64,000 bases of DNA from Antedon mediterranea. Its lineage: Eukaryota; Animalia; Echinodermata. The DNA lies in assembly GCF_964355755.1 (NCBI RefSeq), contig NC_092676.1:17130871-17194870 (forward strand), written 5' to 3'. The position numbers and the translations under genes are program-made. Position 1 is the first letter of the stretch. Every line of letters starts with the position of its first letter. Positions 1 through 11,748 of the stretch are shown here, piece after piece. The notes below the pieces were generated by a model, which saw only the letters and a list, made by a program, of their open reading frames with translations, made no database searches and was not told the DNA's origin.

Positions 1-19
1 TGTTAGTTATTTATGCTTA

Positions 20-770
20 CACCCCTGTGAACAGAAAAGAAACCCTCCTGTATGTTTCAAAGATAATTCTTATTTTGAGAAAATCCCAGTTTCCTTGAAT
101 TTGGATAGAATTACTACCCTCTGACAAGTCAGTCTATTTATAATTCTTAGGTAAATCCAAGTTGATTTCAATGTTAACTTTACACACTTCATATTGATAG
201 GAAGGGTGCATTTCTACCCCCAAATTTTGAGGAAAATCCTAGGTTATTCGATGCTTGACTTTACATTCTTGATATTGATAGGAAGGAAAGGAAGGGTCTG
301 TCAATTTCAAATTTTGAGGTAAATCTAAGTTTATTGTTACGAAGGGTGAATTTCTACCCTCATATTTTGAGGAAAATCCAAGTTTATTCAAGCTTGAATT
401 TACACCCTTGAAAATGATAGAAAGGGTGCATACAGTACAGTATACCCTCTGGCAATACTTAATGTGTAATCGTCCTCATTATGAGGTTTGGTTGTATTTC
501 TGTATATACAGTATACAGTTTGAGCCTGTTTCAGGTACTACACCTGATATTGGTACAGTAGGAAGGGTGAATTTTCTCTACAGTAGTACCCTTTGACAAG
601 GTTGTTTATTTCATGTTTTGAGGAAAATCAAATTTTACCTCACAGGTTGATAAAGAGTACATGTGTCACATCTGTTTCTTATTCAGGGGAAAATCCCTAT
701 TTATTTGAGCTTTGACTTGGCACTCCTGAGCTTAATGGAAATGATATGTTTTCTACCTCCAGTTGCATTT
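20..770. repeat. degenerate minisatellite, irregular units of ~50-100 bp
   Basis: Recurrent ttttgaggaaaatccaagtttatt and gataggaagggtg(c/a)atttctaccc motifs (e.g. ~225, ~313, ~366, ~616). Confidence 0.7.
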
Positions 771-1771
771 CTTTAGTAAGGTTCAATGGATGAAGACTAG
801 CTTTCTCAACTGTCTACAGCATGTTTGATGAATCAGACTGATAGAGAATATAGGAATTACAGAATAAATTAAGTTGACAGAGCATATTGACAGTATACTG
901 ATAGGAATTACAGGTAGGCTACTGTATGTGATACAATGGTGAATTAGTACTTAGACTATTAACTGTATAGCTTGTTAACAAGCAATACAGTGTACAGATA
1001 GGGAATCATCTGCCAATTCTCCTTGAAACATATTTCCTGAAATAGATAACAAAAGTTTGATTGAAATCCCTTTCGATTATGAATTACTTTCTTTATATTT
1101 GGATTTTCCCATGAACATTAAATTGGAGGCTAAAAACAAACTAGGTATTAATAGACTAATGTTTATTGTTTATGTGTGGGAGTGTGGGGAAAATAAGAAT
1201 GCATGTTTACCCAAACATTTATGTGGTAAAGTACATTTATATTCTTTAATTCAAAGCTATTACTTCACATCTTAAATTTTAAAAAACAAAGCCAGAAATG
1301 TTTGTATTTCGACAATTAAAATAACTTAAAAAGTTATTAATGTTAAATTTCCTTTATCATTTGTTTGAATTATTGCTTTTTTATTTATTTATTTCTTATG
1401 TCAGTATAGTGTTGCTTACCATGCCAGTATTCCATATATGAAACCTTACCATCATGCATATGCTTGTCCTCATTTATTAGACTGTTGAGTCCTACATTTT
1501 ATTTCTAAGATTGTATATTATCAACATAGTTTTGTCTGTAGTGTTATAAAAATAGGTTACTTTACTATAGGTTTCATCAAACCAATGTTCACAAGATTAT
1601 ATACCTACTGCTAATGCCTACTATATGTTATCTATACACTCTTGTTCCCTATTATCAGTCTTTAATGTATGAACATATTCTTGTTAAATAGAGGAAATAT
1701 GTTTGGAATTGTAAGAATGTTAAATCACATACAAATAATAGCAGATAGTAGATAAATTCTAATTAAACTAA

Positions 1772-2721
1772 GGGCCTGTTCAGACCTACGGAGTTATGCT
1801 TTCGTATTGTACGCGGCGTACAAGTCCATAGGTCTGGACCAGGAAAAGATTAGTGGAAACCACCTCGTACGACACTGATATTTCGTACGTTACGAAAGCT
1901 CAAGGTATGAGTTTAGTGGACGTCGCTTACAATACGAAAGTCACGCATCGATGAATATGACCTAGGTTAGATATCTAGCCAATCAAATTACAATATTCGC
2001 CACATCACATCGTGACATGTGCTCCTCATCGTATAGCCAAGCTGATCCATTTGTTGTGATCGGTGAACGTGCGAAAAAAAGCATACCTTTTGTTGTTACA
2101 CTATACAGTATTATTATTAATATTATTATATTAATTAATTTAAAATGTCATCGAAGCGTGCACATTGGCGAGAAACCAAAGTAAAATACCTTATTTCATT
2201 GTGGGGAAGCCCTGAGTTCAGAGATCGGTTGGAAGTGAAAAACTGGCGTAAAAGCACCGGCAACAAGATGTCTGTGTTCAACGACATGGCGGACACGTTA
2301 GCAGATGGGCCATCCTCATAAAGGATTTAGTCGTATAAAGCGGCGAAAGACCGAGTAAATAAATCTGGAGCCGGTGCAAGTACGGGATTTGAAAATTTTT
2401 CTGCCATAAATGATATTTTAGGTCATAGACCAAATATAAACCCAAACCCCAAAACGATCGGCTCCAAACCCCACAACCAATCGATAATGCTGAGCCCAAG
2501 TGTTCGGTCTAGGCCTAACTCCTAAACCAACCACTACTACTTTTAATAACAATGAAGGTATGCGTGCGTTAGAGTTTGGTTAATCGCCAGCGAGTGACAT
2601 CATTTCCGTTTGTAACGCAACTTCGTTGCAATGAAACTGAACACTTTGCTCTTACGACAGTCATTAAAATATGACCTAGGCTGTGATACGAAAGCATAAC
2701 TCCGTAGGTCTGAACATACCC
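1772..2721 (+). mobile_element. PIF/Harbinger internal-deletion derivative (950 bp)
   Basis: ~36-bp TIRs gggcctgttcagacctacggagttatgctttcgtat / atacgaaagcataactccgtaggtctgaacataccc; TAA on both flanks (3-bp TSD); internal Myb/SANT-like remnant. Confidence 0.88.
2145..2525 (+). pseudogene. Harbinger Myb/SANT-like DNA-binding ORF remnant
   Basis: MSSKRAHWRETKVKYLISLWGSPEFRDRL...VFNDMADTLADG, then two stops, then YKAAKDRVNKSGAG...FSAINDILGHRP in the same frame; matches the trihelix/Myb-like pattern of Harbinger ORF2. Confidence 0.72.
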
Positions 2722-3589
2722 TAAAATAACCATAGATACTTGTTTGCTAATAGTCTGGGTTGATTGTTAGAATCTGACATACTGTATTTCATGTGAAAGA
2801 TCACATAACTTTCAGCGAACCAATACTTTTATAAGGTTTTTGTGTCAAAGTTTGTTTTAGCAACATTTTACTGACCTGGAGTTTGATGAAAAAACTCAAG
2901 GTACCACTGCCAGATTATCTTTATGACACTGGCAATACAAGTCACACATCAGCGATTTTAACCATTAGTAAACTATTAACCAATCAGATTGATTCCTGAA
3001 CTACCCATAGAAGGACCCTGGTTTCATTTGTGAAAAAAACAAGCTTGAAGGAACTGCAAGCCTAACATCGTTTTTTTATCTGTGACAAGCTTGAAGGAAC
3101 TTTTGTAAGATATTCAGAATTAATGCCCATACTGTATGGTTCTAGGACAACATTCAACATACCAACAATATTAAGATATTTTTCTAATGTATTTATGTAC
3201 AGTACCACCAGCATGTATGAACTTTCATTCTAACTGATTTCTAAAAGCCAGGTAGTTCTGTATTCTATCACCATATGGTTCAAAAGTGTTTATTTATTCT
3301 GGTAGGGTATTCTGTAGAGGATATAAACATTGTTTGTATTTGATAGTTCAGGTAAGGTTCATGGGAATATAATTATTTAAAGTTTTGTTATTGTTTATTG
3401 CCATAAAAATACAGTAGCCTGTACACCACTTATATTCACAAACAAAACGCTATAGTGACTAATGACTTTGCCCCAACAAGGGGCCCTAATGACCCTCAGT
3501 CTTCAGTGTTGTAGGGTCCCTTAGATTGCCAAAACCAGGCTCAACCATTAGTTGTAGAGGCACTGTACACTAGAACAAGAACTTCAAAC

Positions 3590-3750
3590 ACAGCTGACTT
3601 GTATGCACTTTAAGAACCCAATGTATCTTTTGGGATAGGGGATCACCCCGGTTAATGGGTTCTTCTCAGTCTCTTCCACACATGGGCGTATAACCACCAG
3701 TGGGAAAGTTGTTGTATGTGACAAAATCTTGTCCACTGCGCTTTCTTAGT
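3590..3750 (+). mobile_element. SINE fragment related to 42965-43318
   Basis: aagaacccaatgtatc...gataggggatcaccccgg resembles gaacccagttcatt...gaatagggggataccccg at ~43165. Confidence 0.45.
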
Positions 3751-4380
3751 ATAAGTATACATTATATCTGTTGATACAGTATAAGCAACATATAAATATT
3801 AATCTTAAATATAAACTAGTATTTTTATTAGGTCATTAAATTAAAGAAGATAAAAATGACGGTTAAATGTATAACACACTGAAGAATTGACCTAGTTTTG
3901 TTGCAATCAAAATTATATTTACACAAATGTTTATTGATCATTCATGATATCAATTCATCTTAATTGATTAATGTATTCAAGCTCGTTTAACAAGACACGT
4001 CCGATTTTAACGACTGAATGCAGAAGGGAAAAAAATGTATTGAAAGATACAATCTATTTAATTATCTATACCAAGAAATACTGGCAACCAGGTCTGTATT
4101 GTCATTGACGAATGCTAACACAAAAGCAAGCAAATTGTAAATCTATTTAAGTCCACCTTACACCATTACGAAGCTTGGCATGTCAGCGAGATGTACAGTA
4201 GCAGATTTGAGTCCTGTTGCATTTTATCACGCGATTGATTTATGGAACTATACAGTATCTGTTTGTGATGCTACTTGAAACAATTGTAACTATGTTATAC
4301 AGTGCCCCAGATAAAAGTGTATTATATTATATTATACAACAATTTGATTTCAAATATTCAGTAATTTTGAGATATTATGA

Positions 4381-4941
4381 ACTTAGCTATCAGTCTTTTC
4401 ACCTCCTGTAAGCAAAACGACCACACATTGCAAGCAACCATCTCTGTTAAGGGACTGCTCCTCATAATCGACCACCTCTTGTAAGAGATCACCTCCTCTC
4501 ATAAGGGGCCGATTCTCATAATTGACCACCTCTTGTAAGCGACCTCATCTCTTAAGTTGTGGTCGTTAAAGAGAGGTGGTCGCATACGATAGGTGATTAA
4601 TGATGAGAAGCAGTACCTTAACAGATGGTGGTCGTTCAATAGAGTGGTCACTTTCGAGAGGTCGTTGTGATGGGAGATGGTTGATAATGAGAAGAAGTCC
4701 TGGAATAGAGGTGGTGGTCCTTTAAAAGAGGTCGTCACTTACGAGAGGTGTGGTCGTTAAGAGAGGAGCTCACTTATGTGGTGGTCGATTCTGAAAAACG
4801 ATTCTTTATGAGAGGAGGTGATCCCTTACGAGAGGTGGTCGATTATGAGAAGCACCTTTTAAACAGAGATGGTTGTTTACGATGTGTGGTCGTTTTAGAA
4901 AGTTGGTTGCTTACGAGAGGTGGAAAGACTGATAGCTAAGT
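4381..4941. mobile_element. foldback MITE with long imperfect inverted arms built from gaccacctct/agaggtggtc subrepeats
   Basis: Left acttagctatcagtcttttcacctc pairs with right gaggtggaaagactgatagctaagt; the arms match over more than 100 bp. Confidence 0.8.
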
Positions 4942-4967
4942 ACAGATCGATGCATTTGCACTTTATT

Positions 4968-5191
4968 TTCTACATTAGCTGGCGATAGGAACAACATAAG
5001 TTGGGAGGCAATTTTCGTTACTACATAAGCTGTTGACCGTTTCTACATTAGCTGGTGTTAGATTTTTATTTACTACATAAGCTGTTGGTGTTTCTACATT
5101 AGCTGGAGGTTTTACTACATTAGCGGTGGATTGTTCTACATTAACGGTTGTTTCGACATTAGCTGGCGTTTACTACATTAGCGGTTGTAAC
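4968..5191. repeat. short tandem array of ctacattagctgg-type units, ending tgtaaca
   Basis: About 10 copies of (tt/ac)tacat(t/a)agc(t/g)g, mostly spaced ~20-30 bp; possibly a TE terminus. Confidence 0.7.
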
Positions 5192-8100
5192 ACTGCTCAT
5201 ATACGTTATCTTATTCATTTTTTCTTGTCAATCAACTTCTAACAAATGAAATTTTCTGTACACATTCTACAGTACAGAGTGAGTACACAAAGCTTAATAG
5301 AATTAATAAGTAGGCTAATAATCTCCACGCGTTTTAAACAAAAGTGTCGATTGTTAACAAAACGTAATGCAATTTGCCAACCCTATTGCGCTATTTATCT
5401 GTGAAATGTTGATTTCTTCTAATCTAATAAGCAAGGCCTGTGTGTTAATTCAAACAGAGATTGGTGTACTTAATAAAATTCAATTATCTACATGATGTGC
5501 CGTATCATAGTGACCGTGTATTGTTAACCAACTTTTATCAACCATTTCTATTATTTTAAGAATAATTTATTGATTATTATATTGTGCAAATTCTATTAAA
5601 ATATGTTCAAAATATATGCAACAAGATAATAACATTTTACAAAATAAAAGAATTAAGTTTTAAGATCAGCTTCTTTAGTAAACTTCACTGACTTCAGCAT
5701 CAATATCGGCATTGTCATTATAATAATTTTTTTGTCGTTCTCGTTAAAATTTATTTATCAAACAAAGGGATACCATGTACGTACTGTAAAGAATTAACAT
5801 TTTGAACTTATCATTTTTAATATGGTACTGTGTTTAACACCATTTGTCAGGCCTTTGCTGCTTTCTGTTTAGTATAATTTTTTGGAACAATGAAATATAA
5901 GTTTTTATTTCTGTTACATATTTTTAAAATATAGATGAATTAAATAATTGATTATTTCGCCTATTTCTTTTTTATATTATCAAATATTACTATTATGTCA
6001 TTTAAAGTATATTAACATAAATTGATACTGTACTGAAATGTGTCAGTTCATCTATAAAAATGAGGAGAATGAGATTTGAACCAAGTACCTTCTGCTTGAT
6101 ATGCAAAGGTCAAACCATTATATTATTGAAGGTTTTGTGATATTGTTCAAAATTGGATAGGGAATCTTTTTAACAAATTTATTTATCAACATATTTTGTT
6201 GATGTTGCATTATTGTTTCATAGATTTTACATCTCCCTGTTTCAGGCTGGACATGTAATCACTAATGCGTGAAGCCTGCAGCAGCCCCTTTAATCTCACA
6301 AACCTGCTGCAGTGAAATTCACATTGTGATGAGTGATATAGATATACAATTCTAATGAAACACCTTACATTAGCCTGATATTGCAAGTCCGATAGAAACG
6401 ATCAATATTAGCACAAAAGAAGCAACGAGGAAGGAAATCATGATGCCACTTTTAGTGCTTAATGCTAAATTACAACTGCCGCGTTAGAATATTAAGATAC
6501 ATGTTTATATATTATGTATTGTTATAGGGGACTGAAATCTTCATATTCAGAATAACAGGATATAATTTCAATTATATATAACCAAAATCATTTTTATATT
6601 ATACTGTATATCAATCATTATTTTTATTTAGCCTCACAACAATATGTATAGCACATACACTGTACATTCTGTAAATTTAAATAAACAATAATTCAATGTA
6701 TTTAGATTAGAAATTTCAATTTACTGTAGCCTAATGTCAATTTTTATTTTTGTATATAAATAGTAACTTTATTTTAAAATTCTTTAACATTATTTAGGTG
6801 TACCAAAGTTTTAAGTCTATTTCGAGCCTAGCTTACATGGATAAACCAACAATAGCCTTATTCTCCTCTAGGAGCAAGATATCATAAAAGTGTAAAAAAA
6901 TCCTTGAAAACCCCTCTCAATAAATGGCGCAGTCCACAAACCACACACTCAATTAGGAGCATCATTCCCCATTTCTTTTCTAGACATGGAAGAAAAAACA
7001 TGACAAAGAGCTTGCAATTTACACAGTGGTTTGCTGTTTGCAAAGAAATGTTACAGGGTGTGCTACTACACATGCATGAAGTGTCAATGAAAATGAAGTT
7101 CATTTTATCTGATACTGTATTTCCAAAATCATGATGAACATGTTCTAGAAAAGTACAATTAACATACCAGATAAATATAAATATATATCAAATATGTGGT
7201 ATTTAAATGCAGGTATTACTTACCCAAGTGGAAAATACCTTATATCACTCATCCAGAAAATAATTTAAAATGCAGATGTGAAAATAATTAAATTTACTTG
7301 TCCATAGGGCAAACATGACAGAAATGTACAACTAGCATAAAGCAGCAAGATGTATCAATATATTATTTGAACCCAACTAAAATAACTATAATTTACTGTC
7401 TCAACAACTACACAGTAATTTCCATCAGAATTTGTGTATAGATTTCACAAGTGTATTATAATAGTCTCCTAGAAACGTGTACGTCTATGTCGGTACATTA
7501 TGTTATGTGACAGATACATTGTGAATGAAAATGTACTCTAGTCATATATCACTAAATAAACAGGTGAACATGCAGCATGTACAGCATAGACAAATCCTAA
7601 ACAAAACTATAATGTCCAATTTTCTTCTAATACTCCTTTCTCAATAATGAGAGAAATATCACACATTATATTTTTATTTGCAAGGTCATGTATTATTAAA
7701 GACACTTTGCCGACGTTCTATCCAATTTAAGGTCACATTGCATTTTATGTATTAAAAATTAAATTGTTCATATTTAAATGTAAAAAATAAGGCGATTCTA
7801 CTAATTTAAGGGTTATTTGGTGATTTGAGATTTTTTACTATTAACTAAACCAAACTAAAAATATAAAACTCTCATGGCTACCGTACTATCAACAAATAAA
7901 AATAATGATCACCTATTAGGTGATCATTATTTTCATTAAATGAACAATAGCGATCATGCATTTGATAAATGCCTTTTTCTTTCTTTGAAAAAAAAGAAGA
8001 AAAATTGTACAAAATTTAATGAGGGAGGTGACATGAAACTAATTTTGCCTCATTTTGTTGTTAGCGTAACATTAAAAATGTCTACATACAAAAAAAAACC

Positions 8101-8996
8101 AGTTGATTGTTAATGAAATGAAACGTACAGCTAAAACATGTAATTGATTGTGTTTAATAATTTAAACATACTAATATATACAGTAATACCTACCTGGTTT
8201 TTTTAGAGCATAATGCTTTACTGTTATTAAAAACTAATAAAATTGCAGGCCTGCTTTTTCTATGGGTATTAAATGTTTATTGTGGTTTTTTGATCCAGAC
8301 ATTTTCTCATGATTAAACAGTGGGATACTCAACAAGGCTCTTAATGATACGTTTTGTCTGCTGCATTTGGTTATGGCATTTAGTTGTAAATGTACAATCA
8401 AAGAAGCATCAAATTGATATCATTATTCAGTCAAAATGAATTCAAACATTCTTTAAGGAATTACAAGATCAAAGTTGGAACATACTTGCCCTAAAGGAGA
8501 ATTTTAATCACAAAACATAAATGTCATAATGGCACACAGTACTTGTGTGTATATCTCAGAAACAGTATTTAAACATTTGATACTGTGATTGAAGGCAAAT
8601 AATGTATCTTACCACCAAGTTATGTGCCTAACCCGTTGCCAATAACTTAGATTTTTTTAAACTTTCTATAACTTTCATTATATATGTCAGATTTTAACAA
8701 GTGATCTCTTATTAAAGCTTAAAGATTTATTGAATATGAACAAACTGAAAATTAAATGTTGGTTTTTACATGATGTACCTCATCAAGAATTAAACATTTT
8801 GTGTTGAAGGAAATGGCTTTCTTTCTATCCCACTCTCAGTTTCTTGTGTTGAATTCCTAGCTCTGCCATATTGCCAAATATTTTTTCATGGCCAAAAACA
8901 ATATCATTACCCATGTAAATACTGGTTTATTTTTACACCATCATGTATTTATTAATGTTGTTGAACTAGCATTATTATTTTCTTATTGTACCGTAG

Positions 8997-9131
8997 GATG
9001 GATCTTCTGGAACTTTAGAAGAATTGGCACAGACATTAGCCTCTCAATTTTCCACAAACTACAATGATGTCTTAGAGAAAATGGAAGAACTAAGGAAGCG
9101 AAAATTCTCTCAAGATTCTCAAAGTAGTCAG
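8997..9131 (+). CDS. SASH1: SASH1-like exon: DGSSGTLEELAQTLASQFSTNYNDVLEKMEELRKRKFSQDSQSSQ (N-terminal motif)
   Basis: Acceptor ccgtag|, donor |gtacta, 135 nt, phase 0-0. Resembles recalled human SASH1 DGSLGNIDDLAQ...MEELRKRRVSQD. Confidence 0.9.
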
Positions 9132-9543
9132 GTACTATGTGTGTTATTTTGATAAATTTCAAGGTACAGTATTGAATTATTTTCCTTCTGGAAGTTTGGA
9201 AATTGCTCAACTAAAACAGACAGAAATCTGTGAAAAGGTGTTCTTTGTACAATATTGTAAGCATATGCTTTCCTCGATTAGTTCTGGTAGTACATGTAGA
9301 AAAAGCCTTCTTGAAGGTTCTATGAACCCATAGTTTATATGGTTAGTAGACTACAGGGTATTTTGGAAAGACGACAGATGACAGATGTTGTATTTGAAAT
9401 CTACAGTACATTAGTCCACTGCGCTGTGAGACAATGATGGTATAAAGCCCATTATAAATACAAATCTATTTTCTATTATTATATATCTATAATCATTACA
9501 TGAATGGAATCTATTTAAAACTTCTTTTTTTTTTTATTTGCAG

Positions 9544-9599
9544 AGGAAGTCGGAAGACGACATGAATCCTGATATACAAAGTGTTGGTAGTTCACATAG
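9544..9599 (+). CDS. SASH1: SASH1-like exon: RKSEDDMNPDIQSVGSSH
   Basis: Long poly-T tract + tttgcag|, donor |gtaagg, 56 nt, phase 0-2, fits neighbours. Confidence 0.8.
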
Positions 9600-11713
9600 G
9601 TAAGGTGGTTCTACAAAATAAATACCAATGTTTGTTGGCAGCAAAAATCTAAAATAAACATAAAGTTATTAATTATATGGTATGGTTTCAATTTTAATGA
9701 AATAGAGAGAAAAAACAAAGCTATAAGCTAGGCTAGTTAAGGATATTTTTCATCACATTTGCTGCTGGTCTCAGAAGAAAGGGGTTTGTTTGAAACTTAA
9801 TACTCCACTTGGCTATGAGCTTGAAAACAAATTCTATAAGCAATTTCTCCATAAATTGTTTACTATGTCATGATTTAGGGTACATGTACATGTTTCAATA
9901 CGATAATTAAGCAACCTAAATCATTTTTACCAAACTATATAGCCAATTTTATGGGCATATCATTGCAGACACTGATTCATGTAGGCATAAAATTGACATA
10001 ACCAACAAGAAATAATCGTTAATGACTGCAGTTTATTACTCCCATATATACATATTAAACATAAATGAAAATGGTTTATGCTATATAAACAATAATACAA
10101 ACCATCTAAGTACAATTTGAATGTACATTTGCAATTCATGTACTACCCCTAGTTAGATTCAGTATGTGTCTATAAAAAAAAGGGTTTTTTCACACTCCAT
10201 GGATCACACATACAGAAGGCTAGTAAGTGTATTGAATTCTTTTTCATGTCAACTTGGCAGTGGCACTGTGACACCACTTCTACGCCACATTGTTGTGGTG
10301 TATGACCCAACACACACTCCAGTGATGCTCCCATAAATTTAACCTTATTTAGTGAGATTGAAAAATTATTTAATGTTTTTGCAACGTATTGTAATTTTTA
10401 TTGGCAATTAAATAATAAGATTAATCCTAAAGCATGTGAATTCAGCTCAGGAATTGGGGACACCATGTTCAAACTAAAAAATGATGTAAAAGATGAATAC
10501 TGTTTAACGCCAGTCATAACGAACATCATTCGTGCGAACGCCTTGGGATTTTAATTAAATGGATTTACCTTACGACTTGTGTAGGCCATGCCGGCCTTAT
10601 GCCTTGTCAATGTATCCTAAAATGACACCTTTTTTCATGAAGAGTGTTAAATAAATCCAGTATTTGTTAAGAAGGACAAATAGTACATACTCTTATAATC
10701 TTTGTTACCTTTTTTCTCTGTTCATTTAGACAATAACTTGTAGGCTTTTGCATAACGTTATGTTGTGTTATTTACAAATTCTTGTGATCTTACTAAGAAA
10801 AAAATATATGCAATTAATACACCAGTATTTGTCTATTGAATTTATTAGATGTATATCAAAATCTAAATAATGCTTCTTGTTTAATACTGTATTGATAGTT
10901 GAAATATTTTCCACAATCAATTCTTGACTGTAAATTAGGCAAAATCAAAGTGCGTTCCATTTCCCTTCACATTAAATGAACATATTGATGCTGTCATTGA
11001 TTAATACTCATAATATATCAGAAATGCGTTTTTAATGTTTATGGATTCAATATCAGATGAAGCAAGTGGCGAAATGTTTTATATTTTTAGCATGATATAT
11101 ACCCCTAAAGTGGTGAAATTATCAGTGAATATTTGACTGAAAAAATATGTGACATTTAATTGATTTTGTTGAAAATTAAAGATGCATGGTCAACATTGGT
11201 TGATTTACTTCTTGTAGAGCTTTCGATTTTTTACTGTTTATTTGCTTTACACGTTTTTGGAAAAAGAGAATGTTTTTTTGGCGCAGTGGGCTATGAAATC
11301 TTTAATTTTATTATTTATTATTTACCTATTTTAGCAAACTTTTTGGATTACAGGGTATTCATTAAGTCCAATTTACACAGAGAAGCTGTAACGGTAAGCA
11401 GAAAACCACGTAGCTTGTCCCACATAGAATCTGTATCTATCCTGAGCGGAAACAGCCTGTCTGCTCCGCGTTGTTTGTAAATAGTCATAATAAATAACAT
11501 GATTCTATATTTTTATTACCGTTACTGTGTAAATTGGATTTTATGGATATAGGCTCTTGAACATTCCGTAACATTATGTCCATAGTTGATACATGTTTTT
11601 GTTGTGTACGTTAGAAAATGAAATACATATATTTGTTTCATGTATGCATTGAAGGATACAATTATTTGTTATTATATTAATTCTAATAAATTAATATTTA
11701 ATTTTATTTTTAG

Positions 11714-11748
11714 TACAAACTCTTCGAGAAAGGACTCTGACCCACCAG
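11714..11748 (+). CDS. SASH1: SASH1-like micro-exon: (S)TNSSRKDSDPP
   Basis: tttttag| ... cag|gtaggt, 35 nt, phase 2-1; needed to join the phase-2 upstream exon to the phase-1 downstream exon. Confidence 0.75.

Noticed and set aside
4499-4939. Short ORFs 4499..4738 and 4748..4939
   Set aside because: They lie within the subrepeats of a foldback MITE.
7901-7933. Perfect 14-bp-stem hairpin (aaataatgatcacc/ggtgatcattattt) as a terminator or miRNA
   Set aside because: Too short and AT-rich; more likely the centre of a decayed MITE.
1-8996. Start-codon exon or promoter of the SASH1-like gene
   Set aside because: No convincing phase-0 coding exon or SAM-like sequence was found; the region looks intronic.
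11335-11393. Possible extra exon (ttag|caaac...acg|gtaagc)
   Set aside because: It has a stop in the frame required by the flanking exons, and the alternative acceptor at 11353 breaks phase. It could only be a non-coding or alternative 5' exon.
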